DNA from: an uncultured Gammaproteobacteria bacterium
GTDB lineage: Bacteria; Pseudomonadota; Gammaproteobacteria; DRLM01
Direction: 5' to 3'
Length of the DNA: 64,000 bases
NCBI GenBank assembly: GCA_963729605.1
Contig: CAVSNY010000006.1
Span: 352,001 to 416,000, forward strand
In this document: positions 15,649 to 27,044 of the stretch, one piece after another
Position numbering within the stretch: the stretch's first letter is position 1
Layout of the letters: each line of letters opens with the position of its first letter
The notes under the pieces: model-generated
Seen by the model: only the letters and a program-made list of their open reading frames with translations
The model's database searches: none
Told to the model about the DNA's origin: nothing
Position numbers and translations under genes: made by a program

Positions 15649-16563
15649 TCAGCTGGCGGACATCGGCTGCATGAACGAAATCGGCGCCCGGCTGCTGTCT
15701 TCTTCGAAGGTCACCAGCTCCCACGCGGTCTCGTCGGCCATCAGCTCCCGCAGCAGGCGATTATTCAACGCATGGCCGGATTTGTAACCGCTGAAGGCGC
15801 CGATCAGACTGCGGCCGAGCAGGTACAAGTCGCCGATGGCGTCCAGCACCTTGTGTTTGACGAACTCGTCATCGTAACGCAGACCGTCTTCGTTCAATAC
15901 ACGGTAATCATCCACCACCACCGCGTTGTCGAGACTGCCGCCCAGGGCCAGATGCTTCTCGCGCAACAACTCGATGTCCCGCGCGAAGCCGAAGGTCCGC
16001 GCCCGGCTCACTTCCTTGACGAAGGAGGTGGTCGAAAAATCCATCACCGCTTCTTGGCTGCGGCTTTTGAATACCGGGTGATTGAAGTCGATGGCGAAGG
16101 ACACCTTGAAGCCTTCGAAGGGCTCGAAGCGGGCCCACTTGTCGCCGTCCGCCACTTGGATGGGCTTTTTGATGCGGATAAACCGCTTGGGCGCATTCTG
16201 TTCTTCCACGCCCGCGGACTGGATCAAAAATACGAAGGGCCCGGCACTGCCGTCCATGATCGGCACCTCGGGGGCGCTGAGGTCCACATAGGCGTTATCG
16301 ATACCCAGACCGGCGAAGGCGGAGAGCAGATGCTCCACCGTGGCGATGCGCACTTCGCCGTTCACCAAGGAGGTGGACAAGGTGGTCTCGCCGACGTTTT
16401 CCGCACGGGCACGGATCTCCACCGGCGGATCGAGGTCCACGCGGCGAAAGGTGATGCCGGAATCCACCGCCGCCGGACGCAAGGTCAGATAGACCTTTTC
16501 CCCGCTGTGGAGGCCGACACCCGTCGCGCGTATGACATTTTTCAGCGTTCTTTGCCTAATCAT
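15649..16563 (-). CDS. lpxC: UDP-3-O-acyl-GlcNAc deacetylase
   Basis: [47 protein letters not shown]. Confidence 0.98.
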   Translation of the reverse strand: MIRQRTLKNVIRATGVGLHSGEKVYLTLRPAAVDSGITFRRVDLDPPVEIRARAENVGETTLSTSLVNGEVRIATVEHLLSAFAGLGIDNAYVDLSAPEVPIMDGSAGPFVFLIQSAGVEEQNAPKRFIRIKKPIQVADGDKWARFEPFEGFKVSFAIDFNHPVFKSRSQEAVMDFSTTSFVKEVSRARTFGFARDIELLREKHLALGGSLDNAVVVDDYRVLNEDGLRYDDEFVKHKVLDAIGDLYLLGRSLIGAFSGYKSGHALNNRLLRELMADETAWELVTFEEDSSRAPISFMQPMSAS

Positions 16564-16664
16564 CCTAGCTTCACCTATCCCCATTTCCGACTGAATAAAT
16601 AAATGGGCGCCAAATCCCGAGTTTGGCGGCATGTTAGCACAGCGCCTGACTGAATGCCTAGCAC

Positions 16665-16701
16665 AATCCCGGACGGCCGTCGAGGGCGGCCGTCCGGGAT
16701 T
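16665..16701. terminator. Strong hairpin downstream of ftsZ
   Basis: Perfect 15-bp stem AATCCCGGACGGCCG / CGGCCGTCCGGGATT with 7-nt loop; weak U-tract. Confidence 0.6.
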
Positions 16702-16710
16702 TGCCCTCTC

Positions 16711-17862
16711 TCAATCGGCCTGGCGACGCAGAAAGGCCGGGATGTCCAGATAATCCAAATCCTGTTCCGCCGCCGCGCCGTGCCGGCCGCCGCCGGCCGC
16801 CACATTTTGATGACGGATCACGGTGGGCCGTTCGAGCTGACCGTAATCCACCTCGCCGCTGTTGTTTTTGAAGGCGAGCTTGACCGGCTGCTCCTGGATT
16901 TGCTCACCGCGGCCCAAGCCGGTGGCCACCACCGTCACCCGCAGCTCGTCCGACATCTGGGGATCGATGACGGTACCCACCACCACCGTGGCATTGTCCG
17001 AGGCGAACTCTTTAATAGTGTTGCCCACCTCTTCGAACTCGCCGATCGCCATATCCAAGCCGGCGGTTACGTTGACCAGGATGCCTTTGGCGCCCAGCAG
17101 ATTGATGTCTTCCAAGAGCGGGCTGTTCACCGCCGCCTCGGCCGCCTTGCGGGCGCGGTCCGGGCCGGTGGCGCGGCCGGAGCCCATCATCGCCATACCC
17201 ATTTCGCTCATCACGGTGCGCACGTCGGCGAAGTCCACGTTGATCAAACCCGGCCGGGTGATCAACTCGGCGATACCCTGCACCGCGCCCTGCAAGACGT
17301 TGTTGGCCGCCTTGAAGGCGTCCAGCAAGGTCACCGTCTTGCCCAGTACCAAGAGGAGTTTTTCATTGGGGATGGTGATCAAGGAGTCCACATACTGCGA
17401 CAATTCCTTGATACCCTGCTCGGCCACCTGCGTCCGCTTCTTGCCTTCGAAGGGAAAGGGCTTGGTCACCACCGCGACGGTGAGGATACCCAATTCCCTG
17501 GCCGCCTGCGCCACGATGGGCGCGCCGCCGGTGCCGGTGCCGCCGCCCATGCCGGCCGTGATGAACAACATGTCGGCGCCCTGAATCACTTCCAAAATGC
17601 GGTCGCGGTCTTCCATCGCCGCTTGGCGGCCCACGTCCGGGTTGGCGCCCGCGCCGAGACCCTTGGTGATGCTCGCCCCCAGTTGCAGCACGGTGCGCGT
17701 CGAGCAATTCTTCAAGGCCTGCGCATCGGTGTTGGCGCAGACGAATTCCACGCCCTCGATGTTGCCCTTCACCATGTGTTCCACCGCGTTGCCGCCGCCA
17801 CCGCCCACGCCGATCACTTTGATCACGGCGTTTTGCGGACAGGTATCCATCAATTCAAACAT
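16711..17862 (-). CDS. ftsZ: Cell division protein FtsZ
   Basis: GVGGGGGNA, GMGGGTGTG, INVDFADV, C-terminal LDIPAFLRRQAD. Confidence 0.99.
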   Translation of the reverse strand: MFELMDTCPQNAVIKVIGVGGGGGNAVEHMVKGNIEGVEFVCANTDAQALKNCSTRTVLQLGASITKGLGAGANPDVGRQAAMEDRDRILEVIQGADMLFITAGMGGGTGTGGAPIVAQAARELGILTVAVVTKPFPFEGKKRTQVAEQGIKELSQYVDSLITIPNEKLLLVLGKTVTLLDAFKAANNVLQGAVQGIAELITRPGLINVDFADVRTVMSEMGMAMMGSGRATGPDRARKAAEAAVNSPLLEDINLLGAKGILVNVTAGLDMAIGEFEEVGNTIKEFASDNATVVVGTVIDPQMSDELRVTVVATGLGRGEQIQEQPVKLAFKNNSGEVDYGQLERPTVIRHQNVAAGGGRHGAAAEQDLDYLDIPAFLRRQAD

Positions 17863-17934
17863 AATAAACCTCCTTAGATTTTTCCAAATTCATTACCGCC
17901 CAAAATAGTTCCAGCGCCCGCCGGTCCCGCTGAT

Positions 17935-19170
17935 TCACAAACTGCCTTTAAACCAATTTTTCATCCGTCCCAATAACGATTTCATTCCGCCACTCACCTT
18001 CACGGGCGCGGCGTGGTCGCCGCGGTGTTTTTGCCCGAACAACAGCAGGCCGACGCCGGTGGAGTAAATCGGGTTGCGCACCACGTCCACCAGACCGGTG
18101 ACATGTTGCGGAGAACCCAGGCGCACCGGCGCGTGGAAGATTTCCTCCGCGAGTTCGATCACGCCTTCCATCTTGGAACTGCCGCCGGTCAGCACCACGC
18201 CCGCCGCGATCAAATCCTCGAAACCGCTGCGGCGCAGCTCGGCCTGCACCAGGCTCAGCAATTCCTCGTAACGCGGCTCGACTACTTCCGCCAAGGTCTG
18301 GCGCGCCAGACGCCGCGACGGCCGATCGCCGACGCTCGGTACTTCGATGGTCTCGTCGGCCATCGCCAATTGAGTGAGCGCGCAGGCGTATTTCAACTTG
18401 ATCTCTTCCGCGTGCTGGGTCGGCGTGCGCAGGGCCACCGCGATGTCGTTGGTGACCTGATCGCCGGCGATGGGAATCACCGCGGTGTGGCGGATCGAAC
18501 CGTCGGTGAAGATCGCGATGTCGGTGGTGCCGCCGCCGATGTCCACCAGACACACGCCGAGGTCTTTTTCATCCTCCGTGAGCACCGCGCAACTGGACGC
18601 CAATTGCTCCAGAATAATGTCGTCCACCTCCAACCCGCAGCGCCGCACGCACTTAACAATGTTCTGCGCCGCGCTCACCGCGCCGGTGACCAAGTGCACC
18701 TTCGCTTCGAGCCGCACCCCCGACATGCCGACCGGTTCTTTGATGCCTTCCTGCTTGTCGATCACGAATTCCTGCGCCAGCACGTGGAGGATTTTCTGAT
18801 CGGCGGGGATCGCCACCGCGCGCGCGGCGTCGAGCACGCGCTCGACGTCGCTGGGCGTCACTTCCTGATCGCGGATCGCGACGATGCCGTGGGAATTGAG
18901 GCTGCGGATGTGGCTGCCGGCGATGCCGGCGTACACCGAGTGGATCTGGCAGCCCGCCATCAGCTCCGCCTCTTCCACCGCGCGCTGGATCGACTGCACC
19001 GTCGATTCGATATTCACCACCACGCCTTTTTTCAAACCGCGCGAAGGATGCGAACCCAGCCCCACCACGTTGATCGCGCCGTCGGGCCGCACCTCGCCGA
19101 CGATCGCCACCACCTTGGAGGTGCCGATATCCAGACCCACGATCAAATCCTTATCGCCTTTTTTCACCAT
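17935..19170 (-). CDS. ftsA: Cell division protein FtsA
   Basis: VGLDIGTSK, VDIGGGTTD, VLTGGSS. Confidence 0.98.
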   Translation of the reverse strand: MVKKGDKDLIVGLDIGTSKVVAIVGEVRPDGAINVVGLGSHPSRGLKKGVVVNIESTVQSIQRAVEEAELMAGCQIHSVYAGIAGSHIRSLNSHGIVAIRDQEVTPSDVERVLDAARAVAIPADQKILHVLAQEFVIDKQEGIKEPVGMSGVRLEAKVHLVTGAVSAAQNIVKCVRRCGLEVDDIILEQLASSCAVLTEDEKDLGVCLVDIGGGTTDIAIFTDGSIRHTAVIPIAGDQVTNDIAVALRTPTQHAEEIKLKYACALTQLAMADETIEVPSVGDRPSRRLARQTLAEVVEPRYEELLSLVQAELRRSGFEDLIAAGVVLTGGSSKMEGVIELAEEIFHAPVRLGSPQHVTGLVDVVRNPIYSTGVGLLLFGQKHRGDHAAPVKVSGGMKSLLGRMKNWFKGSL

Positions 19171-19200
19171 CTCGCTCGTCTCTCCCGGCGTGTTGTTATC

Positions 19201-20052
19201 TCAGGCATCCTGCTTGCCTTTATCCGTGCGCTTCCAGCGCACCGCGAACCCGTTGCTGTAACGCAAATCCACCCGCTCCACCGCCGCCTCCTGCCCGTAC
19301 AGGGCGCGATGGTAAAAACGCACGAAACGCAGCAGGCGGCCGTAGGGCTCGCCGCGCCCCAGCACCACTTGCATGCCATTGTCCAATTCGAGCTGCCAGG
19401 CGCGCCGCTCATCCAGACTCAGCCGCGCGATCCGCACCTTGAGCGGCGCGAGGATATTGCCCATGTCGCGATAGGCCGCCGCCACCTGCGGCCCCGCGCC
19501 GTCCGGGCCCTGCAAGGCGGGCAACGGCGCGGGATAACTGGCGGGCGGCGGCGTGAACACCTCGCCCGCGTCGTTCAACAAGGCCGCGTCGCCCCAGGTC
19601 GCGATGGCCGTCTGCTCGGTCACCACGATATGCAGCGCGTCGGGCCACACCCGCCGCACCTGCGCGGCGCGCACCCAGGGCAGGGCCTCCACGGCTTGTT
19701 GCACCTCGGCCACGTCCACCGTGAAAAAATTACCGGTGAGATGAGGCGCGGCCTGATCACGCACCTGGGTGGCGTCGAGGTGTTGGAATACGCCCTCGAC
19801 CTGCACCACCTTCAAAGGCAAGGTGCGCGGATCCGCCACCGTCGCCCACAACCAGCCGAACACCCCGGCCAGCACCAGACCCACCGCCATGATCATCAGA
19901 CCGCGCAACGCGCCGGCCGCACCTTGCCAGCGCGGCGTAACCGGCGCCGCCGGTCGGCGAGGCGCGGCGGCACGCGCGGGTGGCGCCGCGCGCTTCACGC
20001 CGCGGCGCCAAGGCCAGATCGCGAACCAATCGGAGCGGAGCGCGATATTCAT
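19201..20052 (-). CDS. ftsQ: Cell division protein FtsQ
   Basis: Single [23 protein letters not shown]-terminal [13 protein letters not shown]; ATGA overlap with ddl stop. Confidence 0.93.
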   Translation of the reverse strand: MNIALRSDWFAIWPWRRGVKRAAPPARAAAPRRPAAPVTPRWQGAAGALRGLMIMAVGLVLAGVFGWLWATVADPRTLPLKVVQVEGVFQHLDATQVRDQAAPHLTGNFFTVDVAEVQQAVEALPWVRAAQVRRVWPDALHIVVTEQTAIATWGDAALLNDAGEVFTPPPASYPAPLPALQGPDGAGPQVAAAYRDMGNILAPLKVRIARLSLDERRAWQLELDNGMQVVLGRGEPYGRLLRFVRFYHRALYGQEAAVERVDLRYSNGFAVRWKRTDKGKQDA

Positions 20053-20987
20053 GTCTCGCAGCTCGTTTCTAAAATGCGCCATACCAAGTCATCGAAATCG
20101 ATGCCGGCCTGGCGCGCCGCCATCGGCACCAGGCTGTGATCCGTCATCCCCGGCACCGTGTTGACCTCGATCAGCCACGGCCGTCCCGCGCCGTCCACCA
20201 TGAAATCCACCCGCCCCCAGCCGCGGCAGGCCAGCGCGTCGAAGGCGCGCAGCGCCAGTGTCCGCAAGGTTTTTTCTTGCGCGGCGGGCAATCCGCAGGG
20301 ACAGAGATAACGCGTGTCGTCGGCGAAATATTTGGCTTGATAGTCGTAGAATTCGTGCGGCGTCTCGATGCGGATCACCGGCAGCGCCTCGCCGGCGAGG
20401 ATGGAACAGGTGTACTCGCCGCCAAGAATAAATTGCTCGGCCAACACGCTGTCGTCGAGCCGGCGCGCCGCCGCGATGGCCGCCGGCAATTCCGCCGCCG
20501 TCTTCACTTTGCTGATACCGAGACTCGATCCCTCATGCGCCGGCTTGATCATCATCGGCAGGCCGAGTTGCTCGATCAGCGCCGCGGGATCGCTGCGCTC
20601 ATCCACCACCGCGAAGGCCGGCACGTCCAAACCCACACTCCGCCACAGCCACTTGCTGCGCAATTTATCCATGCCCAGCGCCGAGCCCAGCACGCCGCTG
20701 CCGGTGTAGGGCAGACCCAGGGTTTCCAAAGCGCCTTGTATTACGCCGTCTTCGCCGCCGCGGCCGTGGAGGGCGATGAACACCCGGGCGAAACCGCCGT
20801 CGGCCAATCGGCGCAGCACGTCGCCGCCCGTATCGATGGCGTGGGCGTCCACCCCCCGCCGAATCAATGCCGCGTGCACGGCGTTGCCGCTCTTGAGCGA
20901 CACCTCGCGCTCGGCCGATTGACCGCCCATCAATACCGCCACTCGGCCGAAGGCCCGGGCATCGCTGATCTTCACCGCCGCGTTCAC
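20049..20987 (-). CDS. ddl: D-alanine--D-alanine ligase
   Basis: [39 protein letters not shown]. Confidence 0.98.
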   Translation of the reverse strand: MNAAVKISDARAFGRVAVLMGGQSAEREVSLKSGNAVHAALIRRGVDAHAIDTGGDVLRRLADGGFARVFIALHGRGGEDGVIQGALETLGLPYTGSGVLGSALGMDKLRSKWLWRSVGLDVPAFAVVDERSDPAALIEQLGLPMMIKPAHEGSSLGISKVKTAAELPAAIAAARRLDDSVLAEQFILGGEYTCSILAGEALPVIRIETPHEFYDYQAKYFADDTRYLCPCGLPAAQEKTLRTLALRAFDALACRGWGRVDFMVDGAGRPWLIEVNTVPGMTDHSLVPMAARQAGIDFDDLVWRILETSCET

Positions 20988-21907
20988 GGACGCTCCTTAT
21001 CTTGATTGGTTGCCGCCACACCGACCACGCGCACCTCCGGCACCAGGCGCACGCCGTGCAGCTGTTCCACCGTCTCCGCCACGCGGCTCATCAATTGTTC
21101 GATGTCATCCGCCGTGGCCTCGCCGGTGTTGATGATGAAGTTGGCGTGTTTGGTGGACACGCAGGCGCCGCCGACGCAGGCGCCCTTCAGGCCCGCCGCC
21201 TCGATCAGCCGCGCCGCGAAATCGCCGGGTGGATTACGGAACACCGAACCGCAACTGGGCAGACCGATCGGTTGCGTCGCGTTGCGGCGTTCCAGCAATT
21301 CCTTGACGCGGGCGAGGCCGGCCTCGCCGTCGCCGCCCTGCAAGCGCAGCTCCGCCGCGACGAACCATTCATCCTCAGGCCCGCGCACATGGCGATAACC
21401 GATCTCAAAATCCTGCGGTGAACGGGGGCGGCGCACGCCGCGGCGGTCGAGGGTCTCCACCGATTTGATCAAGGACCAGGTCTCGCCGCCGAAGGCCCCG
21501 GCGTTCATCGCCAAGGCGCCGCCCAGGGTACCCGGAATGCCGGCCAGAAATTCCCCGCCCACTAAATTGAGCCGCGCGCAGTAACGCGCGATTTTATTGC
21601 AGGCCACGCCGGCGCCGGCGCGCACCGTAGTCGCGTCCACTTGCGTCAACTCATTCAAGGCCCCGGCGGTCATGATCACCGTGCCGGGCACGCCGCCGTC
21701 GCGCACCAGCAAATTGCTGCCCAGGCCCAGCCACAACAGCGGCTCGTCCGGCGGCAGTTGTTGCAGAAACAACGCGAGGTCGTCGATATCCGCCGGTTCG
21801 TAATAACGCCGCGCCGCGCCGCCCACCCGCCAGGTGTTGTGGCGGGCCAGCGGTTCGTCATGCCGCAGCGCACCGCGCAAGGAAGTGGTTTGAAGTCCGG
21901 CCATCAC
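20984..21907 (-). CDS. murB: UDP-N-acetylenolpyruvoylglucosamine reductase
   Basis: [45 protein letters not shown]. Confidence 0.97.
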   Translation of the reverse strand: MMAGLQTTSLRGALRHDEPLARHNTWRVGGAARRYYEPADIDDLALFLQQLPPDEPLLWLGLGSNLLVRDGGVPGTVIMTAGALNELTQVDATTVRAGAGVACNKIARYCARLNLVGGEFLAGIPGTLGGALAMNAGAFGGETWSLIKSVETLDRRGVRRPRSPQDFEIGYRHVRGPEDEWFVAAELRLQGGDGEAGLARVKELLERRNATQPIGLPSCGSVFRNPPGDFAARLIEAAGLKGACVGGACVSTKHANFIINTGEATADDIEQLMSRVAETVEQLHGVRLVPEVRVVGVAATNQDKERP

Positions 21908-23352
21908 GCCGCGCCCTCCGTCAATTGCGCCGGCAGCTTGGCCGCCGCCGCGCCGATGTCGCCGGCACCCAGGGTCAGCAGCACATCGCCGTCCTGCAAC
22001 ACGCCGCGCAGCGCCGCGGGCAGATTGGCGATCTCGCTCACGAACACCGGATCGACATGGCCGCGGGCGCGAATGGCGCGGCTCAAGGCGCGGCCGTCGG
22101 CGCCGGCGAGCGGCGCCTCGCCCGCGGCGTAAATCTCCAGCAACACCAGCGCGTCCACGTCGGAGAGTACGCTGGCGAAGTCCTCGAACAAATCGCGGGT
22201 GCGGCTGTAGCGGTGCGGCTGGAAGGCCACCACCAACCGCCGCGCCGGCCAGCCGGCGCGGATGGCCTGCACGGTGGCGGCGATCTCGCGCGGATGATGG
22301 CCGTAATCGTCGATCAGCAACACCTTGCCCGCGGCGGTGGCGATGTCGCCGTACAGCTGAAAACGCCGGCCGATGCCTTGAAAACCGGCCAAGGCCCGCT
22401 GGATCGCCGCGTCGTCCACGCCGAGTTCATGCGCCACCGCGATGGCGGCCAGCGCATTGAGCACGTTGTGGCGGCCGGCCATGTTGAGGGTGATCTCCAA
22501 GGCGTCGGCGCGGCCGGGGCGGGTCACCGCGAAACGGGTGGTGGTCTCGTGCTGACGGATATCGTGCGCGCGGAGATCGGCGTCGCTGGTGATGCCGTAG
22601 GTCAACACCGGGCGCGGCACCTTGAGCAATAAATCGGCGATCTCCGGATCGTCGAGGCATAACACCGCGAGCCCGTAGAAAGGCAATTGATGCAGGAATT
22701 CGATGAAGGTCTGGCGCAGCCGCGCGAAGTCGCCGCCGTAGGTACTCATGTGATCGGCGTCGATATTGGTGACCACCGCGATCACCGGCGCGAGATGCAG
22801 GAACGAGGCGTCGCTCTCGTCGGCCTCCGCCACCAGATAATCGCCGGCACCGAGCCGCGCGTTGGTGCCCGCGCTGTTGAGACGGCCGCCGATGACGAAG
22901 GTGGGATCGAGCCCGCCCTCCGCCAGCACGCTCGCCACCAGGCTGGTCGTCGTGGTCTTGCCGTGTGTGCCCGCCACCGCGATGCCGTAACGGAAGCGCA
23001 TCAGCTCCGCCAGCATCTCGGCGCGCCGCACCACCGGGATACGCTGGGCGTGCGCCGCCGCCACTTCGGGGTTGGCCGGATCGACGGCGCTGGAGACCAC
23101 GACGACATCGGCCCCCGTCACCCATTCACCGCGGTGGCCGATGTGTATCTTCGCCCCCAAACCGCTCAGGCGCCGGGTAAGTGCATTTTCTTTGAGATCG
23201 GAACCGGAGACGTGATAACCGAGATTGCACAAGACCTCGGCGATGCCGCCCATGCCCACCCCGCCGATGCCGACGAAGTGGATGTGCGAGATACGGCGCA
23301 TGCGTTCGCGCGCCAATATCTTGCCGTCGCGATAGATCGGCTGCTCAGCCAT
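21904..23352 (-). CDS. murC: UDP-N-acetylmuramate--L-alanine ligase
   Basis: [48 protein letters not shown]. Confidence 0.97.
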   Translation of the reverse strand: MAEQPIYRDGKILARERMRRISHIHFVGIGGVGMGGIAEVLCNLGYHVSGSDLKENALTRRLSGLGAKIHIGHRGEWVTGADVVVVSSAVDPANPEVAAAHAQRIPVVRRAEMLAELMRFRYGIAVAGTHGKTTTTSLVASVLAEGGLDPTFVIGGRLNSAGTNARLGAGDYLVAEADESDASFLHLAPVIAVVTNIDADHMSTYGGDFARLRQTFIEFLHQLPFYGLAVLCLDDPEIADLLLKVPRPVLTYGITSDADLRAHDIRQHETTTRFAVTRPGRADALEITLNMAGRHNVLNALAAIAVAHELGVDDAAIQRALAGFQGIGRRFQLYGDIATAAGKVLLIDDYGHHPREIAATVQAIRAGWPARRLVVAFQPHRYSRTRDLFEDFASVLSDVDALVLLEIYAAGEAPLAGADGRALSRAIRARGHVDPVFVSEIANLPAALRGVLQDGDVLLTLGAGDIGAAAAKLPAQLTEGAA

Positions 23353-24418
23353 GGGCCACCTCCAAACACTGCGCCGCGACCAGCGCCGCCGCATCGGTCC
23401 GCGCGAGACGCCGCGCCGCCTGCGCCATATTCACTAGATGCGACCGCGCGGCGTCCCCGCAAAACGGCGTCAATAACTCATTCAAGGACGTCGCGGTGAG
23501 TTCACGTTGCTGCACCACCAGCGCCGCCTGCGCCTGTACCAGGTACTGCGCGTTATGAGTCTGATGATCGTCCACCGCGTGCGGATACGGCACCAGCAGC
23601 GCGCCCACGCCGGCGGCGGCCAACTCGGCGATGGTGAGCGCGCCGGCGCGGCACACCACCAGGTCCGCCCAGGCGTAGGCCGCCGCCATATCGTCGATGA
23701 AGGGTTCGATGCGCGCGGTCACGCCGGCGTTTTGATACGCGGCGCGCGCCTCGTCGAGATTGCGGCCGCCGGTTTGATGCCAGATCGTCGGCCGCGTATT
23801 CATCAGCGTCACCGCCGCCGGTACGACCTCGTTGAGCGCACGCGCACCGAGGCTGCCGCCCAGCACGAGCAGCCGGATCGGACCACTGCGTCCAGCGAAA
23901 CGTTGTTCCGGCGCGGGTAATTCCGCGATCTCGCGCCGCACCGGGTTGCCGGTGTGCAGAACATCTTTGCGACGGAAGGTATCCGGAAACGCGGCGCACA
24001 CCCGCTGCGCCAGCGGCGCCAATAACCGATTGGTCATGCCCGCGATCGAATTCTGCTCATGTATCACCAAAGGTTTCCGCAACAACCAGGTCATGACACC
24101 GCCGGGCCCGGTGACGAAGCCGCCCATGCCCAGCACCGCCGTCGGCCGCTGCCGGAAGATCACCACCGCCACCTGCGTCGCCGCACGCAACAGTTGAAAC
24201 GGCGCGAGCAACCAAGCCAGCCCGCCTTTACCGCGCAGGCCGGCGACGCTGATCCATTCCATATCGATGCCCGCCGCCGGCACCAGCTTCGCCTCCAGAC
24301 CACGCCGCGTACCCAGCCAAAACACCTCGGCGCCGCGCGCGCGCAATTCCGCCGCCACCGCGAGCGCGGGAAAGACGTGGCCGCCGGTGCCGCCGGCCAT
24401 GATCATCACCCGCGCCAT
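23345..24418 (-). CDS. murG: Lipid II GlcNAc transferase
   Basis: [32 protein letters not shown]. Confidence 0.98.
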   Translation of the reverse strand: MARVMIMAGGTGGHVFPALAVAAELRARGAEVFWLGTRRGLEAKLVPAAGIDMEWISVAGLRGKGGLAWLLAPFQLLRAATQVAVVIFRQRPTAVLGMGGFVTGPGGVMTWLLRKPLVIHEQNSIAGMTNRLLAPLAQRVCAAFPDTFRRKDVLHTGNPVRREIAELPAPEQRFAGRSGPIRLLVLGGSLGARALNEVVPAAVTLMNTRPTIWHQTGGRNLDEARAAYQNAGVTARIEPFIDDMAAAYAWADLVVCRAGALTIAELAAAGVGALLVPYPHAVDDHQTHNAQYLVQAQAALVVQQRELTATSLNELLTPFCGDAARSHLVNMAQAARRLARTDAAALVAAQCLEVAHG

Positions 24419-25658
24419 TTGAACAAGCCCCCTCTCCCGCGAACGGGCTGGGATGAAGGTATTTCCCCAACCATCCCCTTGACTGACGGGGCCGCGGATC
24501 TTCCCGCGGGAAACGCGTCTCGTAATCCACCCGCAGCAGCAGCGCCACCGCCATGCACATGACGATGATGCTGGAACCGCCGTAGCTCATCAGCGGCAGG
24601 GTCAAACCTTTGGTGGGCAGCGCGCCCATGTTGACCCCCATGTTGATGAAGGCTTGCAAACCCAGCCAAAGGCCGACGCCGTAGGCCAGATAGGCGCCGA
24701 AGCGGTTGCCGCTCAACTCGGCGCGATAACCAATGACGAAGGCGCGCCACACCAACAACGCGAACAGGACCAGCACCACCGCCACGCCCAGCAGGCCCAA
24801 TTCCTCGGCGAGCACCGCGAACAAAAAGTCGGTGTGCGCCTCGGGCAGATAAAAGAGTTTTTGTATCGAACCGCCCAAGCCGACGCCGAACCACTCGCCG
24901 CGACCGATAGCGATCAAGGCCTGGGTGAGCTGAAAGCCGCTGTCGAAGGGATCGGCCCAGGGATCGAGGAAGGTGGTCAAACGCTGCATGCGATAAGGCG
25001 AGGTCCAAGCCAGGGCGCCGGCGACCGCGCCGACCGCGCCGAGCACCACCGCAAAGTGCCAGAGGCGCACCCCGCCGAGGAAGATCATGCCCAAGGCGGT
25101 GGCGAACATCACCACCGCGGCGCCGAAGTCCGGTTCCGCTAGCAACAGCACCGCGATGAAGGACAACAAGGCCAGCGGCTTGAGAAAGCCCTGAAAGGTG
25201 CTGCGCACCGCTTCGCCGTGCCGCACCAAATAACCGGCCAGATAAATGATGACGAACAGTTTCACCGGTTCCGAGGCCTGTAGATTGAACAGGCCGAACG
25301 GCAACCAGCGGCGGCTGCCGTTCACCTCGCGGCCGAGGCCGGGGATGAGCACCGCCACCAGCAACGCGATACCGACGAACAACAACACCATGCCGCCCTT
25401 TTCCCAATACACGAGACGGGTGCGCGTCACCCCCCAGGCCGCCAGCAGGCCCAGCGCGACGAAGATCAATTGGCGCACGGTGTAATAAAACGGCTGGCCG
25501 AATTGCCGGTCGGACAGACTGATTGACGCCGAGGCCACCATCACCAGACCCAGCGCCAACAAGCTCACCGCCACGCCGGCGAGCAGCGGATCGAACCACG
25601 GATTATCGCCGCCCACCGCCTGGCGCCGTTCGCTCGCGGGAGTGAAAGCGTCCATCAT
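24228..25658 (-). CDS. ftsW: Peptidoglycan polymerase FtsW; as sequenced the frame runs 191 nt into murG
   Basis: NGSRRW, QASEPVK, EPDFG, YLPEAHTDF, LPTKGLTLPLMSYGGSS; ATGA overlap with murD stop; conserved part ends near 24520. Confidence 0.9.
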   Translation of the reverse strand: MMDAFTPASERRQAVGGDNPWFDPLLAGVAVSLLALGLVMVASASISLSDRQFGQPFYYTVRQLIFVALGLLAAWGVTRTRLVYWEKGGMVLLFVGIALLVAVLIPGLGREVNGSRRWLPFGLFNLQASEPVKLFVIIYLAGYLVRHGEAVRSTFQGFLKPLALLSFIAVLLLAEPDFGAAVVMFATALGMIFLGGVRLWHFAVVLGAVGAVAGALAWTSPYRMQRLTTFLDPWADPFDSGFQLTQALIAIGRGEWFGVGLGGSIQKLFYLPEAHTDFLFAVLAEELGLLGVAVVLVLFALLVWRAFVIGYRAELSGNRFGAYLAYGVGLWLGLQAFINMGVNMGALPTKGLTLPLMSYGGSSIIVMCMAVALLLRVDYETRFPREDPRPRQSRGWLGKYLHPSPFAGEGACSNGAGDDHGRRHRRPRLSRARGGGGIARARRRGVLAGYAAWSGGEAGAGGGHRYGMDQRRRPAR

Positions 25659-27034
25659 GCCGACATGCTCCGCACCGCCTCGCTGAACACGTCGCCGCGA
25701 TGGTCGTACCCTTTGAACATGTCGAAGCTGGCGCAGGCCGGCGAGAGCAGGACCGTATCGCCGCTTTGCGCCAGTTCGCGGGACCGCGACACCGCCTCCT
25801 CCATGCTCGCCACGTTCACCACCGGTACCACGCCCTCTAACGCGCGCTCGATCAGCGGCGCATCGCGGCCCAGCAGCACCACCGCCCGCGCCTTGGCCGC
25901 CACCGCGTTTTTCAATAGAGAAAAGTCCTGACCCTTGCCGAGCCCGCCGGCGATCAACACCACCTTGCCCGGCATGCCTTGCAGGGCCGCGACGGTCGCG
26001 CCGACATTGGTGCCCTTGGAATCGTTGTACCAGGTCACGCCGTCCCGGGTCGCCACCCATTGGGTGCGATGCGGCAGACCGGCGAAACGCCGCAGCGTAG
26101 CGAGCATGCCGTCCATGGGCAGCCCGACCGCCGCGCCCAGGGCCAGCGCGGCGAGGGCGTTGGCGATATTGTGCGCCCCTTTGATACGCAGCTCCGCCGC
26201 GCTCATCAACACAGCGGCACCCTGCGCCAACCACGGTTGACCGGCGCGCTCCACCACGCCGAAATCGTCGCCCGCCGGCGCGCCCAAACCGAAACGCGTG
26301 ATGCGCCGGCCGCGTTGCGCCATGGCGGTCACTAGCGGATCGTCGGCGTTGATCACCATCACACCGTCGCCGCGATAGATGCGGGCCTTGGCGGCGGCGT
26401 AGCCGTCCATATCGCGATAGCGGTCCATGTGGTCCGGGCTGAGGTTCAACACCGTCGCCGCCGCGGCGTTCAGACTCGTGGTGGTCTCCAATTGAAAACT
26501 CGACAACTCCAACACGTAACAATCCGGCGCGGTTTCTTCGATCAAATCCAGCGCCGGCGTGCCGAGGTTGCCGCCCACCCGCACTCGGCGGCCGGCGTCG
26601 GCCACCATTTCGCCCACCAAGGTGGTGACCGTGCTCTTGCCGTTGGCGCCGGTGATGGCGATGACCGGCGCGCGCGCCGCTTCCGGCGTCCTGCCTCCCG
26701 CGGCACTGGTACCTCCCTGTACGGCGCGCGCGAACAATTCGATGTCGCCCACCGCCTCCGCGCCGCGATTGACGGCGGCGGCGATCGGCGCCTCCGTCAA
26801 GGCCACGCCGGGGCTCACGATCAGCCGTTGCGCGCGGAAGATCACCATGGGATCGAAGCCGCCGAGATGCACGGCGGCCCCGGGAAACTCGCGGCGGAAT
26901 ACCGCCAGCTCCGGCGGATTGGCGCGGCTGTCGATGGCGGCGAACTCTTCACCGCGGCGTGCGAGAAAACGCGCGCAGGACAGTCCGGTTTTACCCAGTC
27001 CCACGATCAGATTCGGCAGATCCCGTTTAATCAT
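25655..27034 (-). CDS. murD: UDP-MurNAc-L-Ala--D-Glu ligase
   Basis: GLGKTG, ITGANGKSTVT, LELSSFQL, DHMDRY, NDSKGTN, SPACASFD. Confidence 0.97.
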   Translation of the reverse strand: MIKRDLPNLIVGLGKTGLSCARFLARRGEEFAAIDSRANPPELAVFRREFPGAAVHLGGFDPMVIFRAQRLIVSPGVALTEAPIAAAVNRGAEAVGDIELFARAVQGGTSAAGGRTPEAARAPVIAITGANGKSTVTTLVGEMVADAGRRVRVGGNLGTPALDLIEETAPDCYVLELSSFQLETTTSLNAAAATVLNLSPDHMDRYRDMDGYAAAKARIYRGDGVMVINADDPLVTAMAQRGRRITRFGLGAPAGDDFGVVERAGQPWLAQGAAVLMSAAELRIKGAHNIANALAALALGAAVGLPMDGMLATLRRFAGLPHRTQWVATRDGVTWYNDSKGTNVGATVAALQGMPGKVVLIAGGLGKGQDFSLLKNAVAAKARAVVLLGRDAPLIERALEGVVPVVNVASMEEAVSRSRELAQSGDTVLLSPACASFDMFKGYDHRGDVFSEAVRSMSA

Positions 27035-27044
27035 TTGCGTCCGC

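Noticed and set aside
18013-20139. Long antisense and alternate-frame ORFs (e.g. 708 aa opposite ftsA/ftsQ, 524 aa opposite secA, 492 aa opposite cbbL, 547 aa opposite cbbO)
   Set aside because: Shadow ORFs expected from high GC3 codon bias; no motifs, and they fully overlap well-identified genes
24228-26522. 764-aa ORF suggesting an N-terminally extended FtsW
   Set aside because: The first ~290 codons are an off-frame read of murD; the real start is the ATGA-coupled ATG at 25658
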